Assembly: GCA_009914755.4 (NCBI GenBank)
Contig: CP068257.2
Location: forward strand, 18,912,001-18,976,000
Length of the DNA stretch: 64,000 bases
DNA from: the human T2T-CHM13v2.0 reference genome, Homo sapiens
Direction: 5' to 3'
Shown here: positions 36,361 through 46,010 of the stretch, in pieces
Position numbering within the stretch: the stretch's first letter is position 1
Layout of the letters: each line of letters starts with the position of its first letter
Program-made: the position numbers and the translations under genes
The notes under the pieces: model-generated
What the model was told of the DNA's origin: nothing
The model's database searches: none
The model's input: only the letters and a program-made list of their open reading frames with translations

Positions 36361-36559
36361 CAGATACATACATATACCCAGGAGGGGTGTGTGTGTGTAT
36401 ATATACCTGGGAGGGGGTGTGTATGTGTCTGTGTGTGTGTATATATTTATAAATTTATATGCAGAAGGGTGTATACACACACACACTTGGAATGGTGTAT
36501 GTATCCATATATACACATATATATGTGGGAGTGTGTGTATATATATAGACAAGAGGATG

Positions 36560-36619
<60 letters not shown>

Positions 36620-37130
36620 CCCAGGAGGGTGCATATATAGATATATACAGCGAGGGTGTGTGTATATATACACACACACACACACACACATATATCCAGG
36701 TGTATATAAATATATACATACAAGCGGGAGGGTGTGTGTATATATATATATATGCGGGAGGGTGTATATATATATACATACACACCCAAGAGGGTGTGTG
36801 TATATATATATACCTGGAAGGGTGCATATATATATGTGTATATATATATACCTGGCAGGGGGTATATATACATACCTAGGAGGGGTGTGTGTATATATTT
36901 TTATATACCCGGGAGTGGGTGTATATATATATACATACACACTCAGGAGTGTGTGCATATATATGTATCCGAGAGTAGGTATATATGTGTGTGTGTATAT
37001 ATATATGTGTGTGTGTGTACATATATACACACACACACACACATATACACACCTGGGAGTGGGTATTGGAGGGGGTATATATGTAGATATACACCCTGGA
37101 GTTGGTATATAAATATACACCCAGGAGTGG

Positions 37131-37192
<62 letters not shown>

Positions 37193-37234
37193 CTGAGAGT
37201 GTGTGTGTGTGTGTATATATATATATAAACACCC

Positions 37235-37282
<48 letters not shown>

Positions 37283-37434
37283 GTATATGTATACCTGGGA
37301 GTGGGTATGTATATGTATACCTGGAAGTGGGTATATATAGATATATATATCTATATATGCCTGGGAGTGGGTATATGTGAGTGTATATATATATATGGGG
37401 GCAGGTATAATATATATATAATGGGAGTGGGTTA

Positions 37435-37488
<54 letters not shown>

Positions 37489-37557
37489 TACCCAGGAGGG
37501 GTTATACATATATATACGTGGGGTTGGGATGTATATATACCCGGCAGTGGGTATGTG

Positions 37558-37599
<42 letters not shown>

Positions 37600-37812
37600 C
37601 CGGAGTGGGTATATATATATACACCCGGGAGTGGGTATATATATATACACCCGAGAGTGGGTATATATATATACAGCCGGGAGTGGGTATATATATACCC
37701 AGTAGTGGGTATATATATACCCAGTAGTGGGTATATATATACCTGGGGGAGGGAATATATATATATACCCAAGAGGGGTAGGGGTATATATATATATATA
37801 TGTGTGTGTGTG

Positions 37813-37858
<46 letters not shown>

Positions 37859-38357
37859 AGGGAGTGGGTATATATGCATATATACAACTGGGAGTGGGTA
37901 TATATACATATATATATGCAGACACATACCCAGGAGTGTATATATATATACCTGAGAGTGTGTGTGTATATATAAATATACACACATACACCCGAGAGTG
38001 GGTATGTATATGTATATACCCAGGAGTGGGTATGTATATATACACCCGGGTATGTATATGTATATACCCGGGAGTGGGTATGTATATATACCAGGGAGTG
38101 GGTATATATATACCTGGGTGGGGGTATATATATGTATATACCCATGTGGGGGTGTATATATATATATATAATATATATATATATATACACACACACCCAG
38201 GAGTGGGTATATATATATATACACCCGGGAGCAGTTATACACCACTCCCAGGCTTATATAGATTATACCCACTCTCGGATATGTATATATACACACACCC
38301 ACCCCTCCCGGATACATATATACACCCATCTGGGTATATATATATACCCACTCCCAG

Positions 38358-38396
<39 letters not shown>

Positions 38397-38606
38397 CACT
38401 CCCAGGTGTATATATGTGTATACCAACTGCCAGGTATATGTGTATATACCCCAACCCGCGTATATATATACGAACTCCCAGGTATATAAGTATATATTTA
38501 GCTGCTCCTGGGAGCAGCTAAATACACACACACCTGGGTTGGTAGGGTGTATATATATACACACACACACCCAGGAGGGGAGGATTATATATATATATAT
38601 GTGGTG

Positions 38607-38643
<37 letters not shown>

Positions 38644-38653
38644 GTGGTGTGTG

Positions 38654-38708
<55 letters not shown>

Positions 38709-38766
38709 ACCTGGGAGGGGGTAGTGTGTGTGTATATATATACACACTATATATATATACACACAG

Positions 38767-38797
<31 letters not shown>

Positions 38798-38902
38798 CTG
38801 GGAGGGGGTATATATATGAGCAGGTGTGTGTGTGTGTGTGTGTGTATGTATATATATATATATATACACACACACACCCAGGAGGGGTTATATGTGTGTG
38901 TT

Positions 38903-38949
<47 letters not shown>

Positions 38950-39085
38950 CCTGGAGGGGGTATATGTGTGTGCATGTGTGTTTGTGTGTGTGTGCGTGTG
39001 TGTGTGTATATACCCGGGAGGGGTATATGTGTGTGTATATATATACCCAGGAGTTGGTATATGTGTATGTATATATACCCTATAT
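36160..39085. repeat. 2.9-kb compound simple-repeat/minisatellite array of (TA)n and (CA)n/(TG)n blocks punctuated by a recurring ACC(C/T)GGGAG(T/G)GGGT-type core
   Basis: The first ~200 bp are about eight copies of (TA)n-ACCCAGA. After that, roughly 70 units of variable length follow the pattern (TA)n(CA)n-CCCGGGAGTGGGT-(TG)n(TA)n, with long pure (CA)n, (TG)n and (TA)n tracts, for example 36560-36602, 37131-37180 and 37237-37270. The very long Y/I/C/V-rich ORFs in the supplied track are translation artefacts of this array. Confidence 0.9.
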
Positions 39086-39123
39086 AAAAAAAATATTGAT
39101 ATTTTATATCGATATATAGATAT

Positions 39124-39180
39124 GTATCACTGCAATTGGCTACTTTTAGACTCCTGGTGATTGGTGCGTTTTACAGAATA
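39124..39180 (-). mobile_element. Short LTR12-like fragment (~57 bp), reverse orientation, at right edge of the array
   Basis: Reverse complement attctgtaaaacgcaccaatcaccaggagtctaaaagtagccaattgcagtga is about 90% identical to 33826-33878 of the LTR12 fragment in this window. Confidence 0.55.
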
Positions 39181-39246
39181 TAATATATAAATATATAGAT
39201 ATGGATTTATAAATATATCAATATAAAAAATATATGCCCTGTATGT

Positions 39247-39325
39247 ATTTTTAAAAATCTTGTTTTACAGTTTATTTCGGCTTTGTTGCTTTGCATTTCT
39301 TCAATAAATTTGGAAACAGCTTGTC
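39247..39325 (-). repeat. Right arm of ~80-bp inverted repeat flanking the array locus
   Basis: Reverse complement gacaagctgtttccaaatttattgaagaaatgcaaagcaacaaagccgaaataaactgtaaaacaagatttttaaaaat aligns to the left arm at 35681-35747 and 36031-36043. Confidence 0.8.
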
Positions 39326-39439
39326 TAGTAATAGATGTTATATACATATATATAACCAATTTGTTTTTTATAGAGCTATGAAAGCATTTAACATACAAAA
39401 GAGTGTATTTTCAATAAATTGTCTTGAAGCAAGTGACTA

Positions 39440-39730
39440 TCAATAATAAAAAATAAAACTTGAATGTTACCTCATACCACAGCCTTATTATAATTAATAA
39501 ATATAATCAATATAATATAATTATAATTATCATAATATATAGTTTTATAAGATGTAGTATTATAACTAATAATTTAGTATTCCAATTAATAATTAATTAT
39601 AATTATTATAATACTATAATATAATATAGTATTAGAAAACATGATGGTTGCATAGTATAATTAATTATATTAATATAATACTAAAATAGTAATTAATAAA
39701 AATAATTAATCAAATTAATTTGTGTATTAG
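39440..39730. repeat. AT-rich (~90% A+T) low-complexity tract full of short palindromes (aattaatt, ataatat, atatcgatat nearby)
   Basis: ataatcaatataatataattataattatcataatatat...ataattaattatattaatataatactaaaatagtaattaataaaaataattaatcaaattaatt. Confidence 0.85.
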
Positions 39731-42700
39731 AGTTGAAGAGATCATTTAACTTTGAAATCTAGAACTCTAAAAATTCCTGGAAAAAATATTTCTGACCTTT
39801 AGATGAGCCAATATGACAATTTTACAAAGAATACAAACACTTCTTAAAATGATCAATTGGACTTCATCTAAATCAAAAATATATTTGAAAAACAACACTG
39901 GAGAAGGAGAGTGAGAGACAGAGAAAGAAAGAGAGAGATTTTAAAAGAAAGTCACTCCTTAAAAGGGAGAGGAAATATTCACAATATACAAATATATGTA
40001 ATGATTGAGTTGAATGAAGAATCTAGAATATAATGAATAATTAACTATGAGGCAAAAAAAAAATGGCTAAAGTCTTGAACAGACATTTCACAAAAAATGT
40101 TATGTAAATTACACTTCATTAGCTATCAGGAAAGTGCAAATTAAAACCATAATATAAAGTACTTTTTTTTTACCTTTTCTATGTTTATATATGTTTAGAT
40201 ACACAAATGCTTACCATTGTGTTACAGATGTCCATAGTATTTCATACAAGTAACATGCTATACAGGTTTGTAACCTAGGAGCAATAGCATAGGCCTTAAA
40301 GCTAAGGTGAGTAGGAAGCTGTATCATCGAGGTTTTTGTAAGTATACCCTATGATGTTCACATGAAAACAAAATCACCTAATGACACATTTCTCAGAACA
40401 TATTCCCATCATTAAGTGACACATTACTGTATCATTGTTGCAATGTCTAATTTTTACTTCAATTCTTTCAGTTTCTATTTTATGTCTTTTGTAGATTTGT
40501 TGTTAAGTACATATATGTTAATGATTGTTACATCTTTCCGATGGATTGACCCTTTATAATTAGGAAATGTCCCTCTAGTAATATTTTTTTCTTTAAAGAC
40601 TATGTTGTCTGACAGCTTTTCTGGCTCTTTTTATGATGTTTGCAGAGTATTTCCTTTTTAATACTTTTACTTTCAACCTATTTGTGTTATTTGAATTTCA
40701 AATACATCTTCTTTAGAAAGCCTATAGTTGAATCTTACTTAATTCAGCCTGACAGTCTTCACTTTCGATTGGATTATTTAATCCATTCATACGCTGTAAT
40801 TGATAGGATTTCATTTATATTTTACATTTAGCTTTTTGTTTTTTATATATCTTCTATTTTTTAGTTTCTCCATTTGTTCTTTCTTGCATCCTTTTGCATT
40901 AAATATTTTCCAACATTTTAATTCAATTAATATTTTAGTTTTTGAGGTTTTTCTTAGCGGATACACTAGGGATTATGGTATAAATCTTAACTGATCATAC
41001 TCTAGCTTTATAATGACTTAGTTACAATAAGATGTTAAAATATTCCACCTATACTGTTCATTTCCTTCTCCACTTTTTTATGCAGTTACTGGTATATATA
41101 CTGTTTATATTTGATATAGACCTAACAGTACATGGTTATACATATTACTTTGTATTACCTTATGTATTTTAAAGAGGCTAACGAAAGAAGAAAAACAAAG
41201 ACATATTTATAGATTTTGTTATAGCAACCCTTTTATTTACTGTTTCTTGCTCTCTTCATTTCTTGTGGATTTGAGCTACTAACTAGTGTCATTTGTTTGT
41301 GCCAATACAGCTTTTTTTTCACTCAACTGTTTTATGCTGTTATTGGCAAATGTATTACATTTCTAAAAGTTATAGGTTCAGCAGTGAAGTACATACATAT
41401 ACTTTTGAGACAATTGCTTTTTAAATCAGTAAAGAGAAGAAAAGAGGAAACAAAATGCAATTATACAGTCTTTTGCAACTACCAACATAATTAGCTTTAC
41501 CTGCACTCATTGTTTTTTATTCTAATCTAATGTCTCGCTTTTATTTTAAAGAACTTCCTTTAGAATTTCTTGTAAGGTATGTCTTTAAGCAATGATTGTG
41601 AAGCTAAAATTGTCTTTATTTTTCATCATTTTTGGAACTTAGTTATAATTAGCAAAACATGAATATAAGACTCTTGATTTGCAATTCTTTTGTTTTGTTT
41701 TGTTTTGTTTTCCTACTTTCATCTCTTTGAATCTGTTGTACCATTCTGAAATTCATTGTTGAGATAAGAAGTCAGCCAACAGTCTTACTGGGATGCAAAC
41801 ATGCATACTGAGTCATTTCTCCATTGATGTTTTAAAGATTTTCTCTCTGTCTTTGACTTTTAACATTTGATTATGACGTATCTGAATGTAGATCTCTTTG
41901 TGGTTATCCTCTTTGGAGTTTGTCATACCTCTTGAGTGAGCAGATTAAATTTTTATCAGATCTGGAAGTCTTTCAGCCCTTATTCCTCTATGTTGTTTCT
42001 TCTTCTTTCTCTCCCTTCTCATACATATTTTCCGGGATAAATGTGTATCACATCCTTTCAGGCACTATTTTTCTTGAATTGTTCTTTGATTGGTGTTTCA
42101 GATTACATAATCTCTATTGATCTATCTTCAAGTTTGATCATTCTTTTATTCTCCCAATTCAAAACTATTTTTAAATTCCTCTGGTGAATGTCTAATTTGG
42201 GTTGTTGCATTTTTCCAACTGCAGAATTTCCATTTCATTATTTATAATAATTTCTATGATTTTATCAATACTCTGTATTTAATAAGATACTTTCATTTTA
42301 TCTTCTTGCATTTTTTTTTGCATAGTTTACTTTTTGAACATATTTACGGTAGCTACATTGGGTTTGTGATGGCTGATTTTATGGTGAACTTTACTGAGAC
42401 AGGAAGTGCCAAAAATCGTTATTTCTAGGAGTGTCTTTGAGAGTTTTCTGGATGAAATTAGTATCTGAACCAGTGCATTCAGTAAATTAGATGCATCTCC
42501 TCCAAATGTGCATGGGTATTGTTTAATCTTGTGAGGGCCTGCATAAAATAAAAAGGTGGAGGAATGAGAAATTTGCCCTTTTTTTCTTCCTGCTTGCCTC
42601 CATAAACTAGGACCTCAGTCTTCTCCTGCCCTCTTTTGGGATTTATATCATCAGCTTCTCTGGTTCTCAGTCCTGTTGAAACAGCCTCGTTGTCTGAGTG

Positions 42701-42949
42701 CCACATGAATTTCTTTGTCTCACAGCCGAGGAAATCAAGGAAATGGACATTCCAAGGGTGAGGTTAGAGCAGAAGTTTAATAAGTGAAAGAGAGAAAGCT
42801 CTCTGCTGCAACCCCCAAAAAGGTTGCTGTTATTACAGTTGAATGCAAAGGCTCTTATAAACAACAAATGAGGGCTGGACATCTCATTTGCATAAGGAGC
42901 AAATTTCTGGCAGCTCCACCCCAATCTGTTGCGCATATGGGCCCTTAGT

Positions 42950-43345
42950 TTGAGTTACTCCATATTGCTTTGCTCCCCTTACTGTGCCTGTGTTGAGGGA
43001 TGGAATTTTCCATTGTGGGCATGTCTGGGCAAGTCACATGTGTAGCCTTTCTTATCTATGTGGCTGTGGGCATGTCTTAGGCAAGCCCCTCTGTGTAAGT
43101 TCCCTTATCTATGCCTGCAGCTTGAATTTTTAGGCTGTTCTTTGGTTTAAAACAATTTACCCAAGGACCCACCCTAACTGACTGCCTGACCAGTTTCTTC
43201 CTTTCTCCTCTCTCATTGTAGTCTCAGATACCACTAGCTTTCCTGAGTCTCAAGCTTGCAGATGGCAGACTGTGGGACTTCTCAGCCATCATAATTGTAT
43301 GAGCCAGTTCCTCATAATATATTTTCCTATCTTTCATGCGTGTCC
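42950..43345 (+). mobile_element. ERV LTR-like 3' terminal fragment (family not determined by eye)
   Basis: ...gcagactgtgggacttctcagccatcataattgtatgagccagttcctcataatatattttcctatctttca resembles the typical ...tgtgggacttctcagcctccataattgtgtgagccaattcct...ca LTR 3' end. Confidence 0.4.
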
Positions 43346-43346
43346 A

Positions 43347-43860
43347 TGTGAAGAGACCACCAAACAGGCTTTGTGTGAGAAACATGGCTGTTTATTTCAC
43401 TGGGGTGCAGGTGGGCTGAGTCCTAAAAAGAGAGTCAGCGAAGGGAGATGGATTACCATTAGTTCTTATAGGTTTTGGGTTAGGTGGTGAAGTTAAGAGC
43501 AATGTTTTGCGGTCAGGGTGGATCTCACAAAGTACATTCTCAAGGGTGGGGAGAATTACAAAGAAACTTCTTAAGGGTGGGGGAGATTACAAAGTACATT
43601 GATCAGTTAGGGTGGGGTAGGAACAAATCACAATGGTGGAATGTCATCAGTTAAGGCTGTTTTTACTTCTTTTGTGGATCTTCAGTTACTTTAGGCCATC
43701 TGGATGTATACGTGCAAGTCACAGGGGATGCAATGGCTTGGCTTGGGCTCAGAGGCCTGACACTATCTATGTATCTATATGCATCTATTATCTACCTATC
43801 ATCTATCTCCTACTGGCTTTGTTTCTCTGAAGAACCTTGACTAACATAAGGTTTTTGTCT
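43347..43860 (+). mobile_element. ERV LTR-like fragment beginning tgtgaagagaccaccaaacaggctttgtgtgag..., containing a ~32-bp x3 tandem repeat (43525-43623)
   Basis: tgtgaagagaccaccaaacaggctttgtgtgagaaacatggctgtttatttcactggggtgcaggtgggctgagtcctaaaaagagagtcagcgaagggagat is a motif I recall from an ERV1-class LTR. Family assignment is uncertain. Confidence 0.4.
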
Positions 43861-44274
43861 TTTAGTTCCATCATCTGGGCCCCTTCAAAGACAGATTCTA
43901 TTTCCTGTTTTTGGTTTCTAAGTATGTGTACACTTACTTGTTTGTTTGTTTGTTTTTAGAAAGCTGGCCATTTCTGATGATACAGGATGGCAACTCTATA
44001 TCCTGAGGGTCCCTTCCCAGAGGTTGCTGTTGTTGTTTCTTGCTTGGTCACTTTTTATTTGTTTGTTTGTTTCTTTATAGATTTTACTGAACTAATCCTG
44101 TAAAATACCTTTTCTTTGCATTTGAAAGCCTCCAATATTTCTGCTTAAATTATTTTCCCCTTATTTTTATATTTGAGCTGAACTTCCCATGAATCAGTGG
44201 GTTCAGTCACTCTTGAGTTGGCCTAAGCTGTTTATTTTATTTTACAAAGGGTTTACATAAGGCATCTGAGCTAT

Positions 44275-44352
44275 TTAGATTTTACTGTTTGCTGTGAGAT
44301 GACTCTGTGTGTGTGTGTGTGTGTGTTTGTGTGTGTCTGTATGTCTCTGTGT
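44275..44352. repeat. (TG)n microsatellite, imperfect
   Basis: ctgtgtgtgtgtgtgtgtgtgtttgtgtgtgtctgtatgtctctgtgtgtg. Confidence 0.9.
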
Positions 44353-44825
44353 GTGACTTTTTATGTTCTAAGTTTCATCTAGACACCACTAGTTTGAAGT
44401 CACCCTATTTCATCACTCCTAAGTGAATTTGGTCTTGGGATGCACGCAGTGTTCCAGAATGCCAGGAATTAAGTAATTTTGTTTTAATCCTAACTGTCTA
44501 GAATCACTCATGGTTCCCAGTAGCTTTTTATTCAATTAGTGGTTTTATTTAAGCCCTTATGTCAGTGGATCTTTTATCCTCTGTTGATGAGTCTGTCTGT
44601 GGCTTGTGGATACACTCAAGTCAACCCCACGTCTTGCTCTGATTGCTCCTGAGTGGGTGCAAACTAGATCATGTTACAAACTAGTGCACAAGCTCCCTAA
44701 ATCCCAGGGTGTCTCTCATTCCAGAAGGCCTATTCTTGACTTTCTCATTCCTTGTTTCTCTCTATTAAACTTACTATGGAGCTACCAACTCCCTCTTATT
44801 TTTTCTTTAACAAGATCTCTTTCAT

Positions 44826-45256
44826 TTTTTTTTATTACACTTTAAGTTTTAGGGTACATGTGCACAACGTGCAGGTTTGTTACATATGTATACATGTGCC
44901 ATGTTGGTGTGCTGCACCTATTAACTCGTTATTTAACATTAGATATATCTCCTAATGCTATCCCTCTCCCCTCCCTCCACCCCACAACAGGCCCCGGTGT
45001 GTGATGTTCCCCTTCCTTTGTCCACGTGTTCTCATTGTTCAATTCCCACCTATGAGTGAGAACATGCAGTGTTTGGTTTTTTGTCCTTGCAATGGTTTGC
45101 TGAGAATGATGGTTTCCAGCTTCATCCATGTCCCTACAAAGGACATGAACTCATCATTTTTTATGGCTGCATAGTATTCCATGGTGTATATGTGCCACAT
45201 TTTCTTAATCCAGTCTATCATTGTTGGACATTTGGCTTGGTTCCAAGTCTTTGCTA
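44826..45256 (-). mobile_element. Young L1PA-type 3'-end fragment (~430 bp, 5'-truncated), reverse orientation, with TSD
   Basis: tttattacactttaagttttagggtacatgtgcacaacgtgcaggtttgttacatatgtatacatgtgccatgttggtgtgctgcacc...cccacctatgagtgagaacatgcagtgtttggtttt...ttggttccaagtctttgctatt, a near-perfect match to the L1PA/L1HS 3' end as I recall it. tttcattttttt is present at 44815-44826 and 45257-45268. Confidence 0.88.
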
Positions 45257-45683
45257 TTTCATTTTTTTAACATCATCCTTTGGCATGAGGTTTTCCATTT
45301 TCCATTTCCACACAAATGAAGTGTAGAGGAAACAAAATTTCACCTCGATGCTCTTAGCGTTCCAAATGGGTCGAATAATTACACTGATCTAAGATATAGA
45401 TTAATAGAGAAAAAGTCTAATACAAATTTTATGTAGCATTGGAGCCCTCATAAAGAAATGAAGACCCCAAAAAAACAAAGTCAGTTACTTATTTACTGAA
45501 TTGGACAAATAGTCAACTTGAGAATGTGATAAGGCAAAGGGCCTTGGGTTAACACAGTTAACTGGGTAGAGAAGTAGCTAAAAAGATAAGGGTTGGTGTA
45601 CTAACCCTTTAGAAGTAGCTAAAAAGATAAGGGTTGGCTTGAGTCTCAACTTTCTCGTCCTTGATTAGAATGTTTTTCTCTAG

Positions 45684-46010
<327 letters not shown>

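Noticed and set aside
36160-39085. Regularly spaced repeat units that could superficially suggest a CRISPR-like repeat-spacer array.
   Set aside because: Unit and spacer lengths vary continuously, and the 'spacers' are pure (TA)n/(CA)n dinucleotide runs. There are no cas genes, no leader, and the context is primate DNA with Alu/L1. It is a compound microsatellite/minisatellite.
36101-39160. Very long ORFs (up to 438 codons on both strands) in the supplied track.
   Set aside because: Their translations are Y/I/C/V/H/T-rich periodic artefacts of TA/CA/TG repeats, open simultaneously in several frames and on both strands. They are not protein-coding.
39089-39222. Possible short AT-rich inverted repeats (aatattgatattttata / tataaatatatcaatata) flanking the LTR12-like fragment.
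   Set aside because: The match is about 10-16 bp in nearly pure A+T sequence. This is easily produced by chance in 90% AT DNA.
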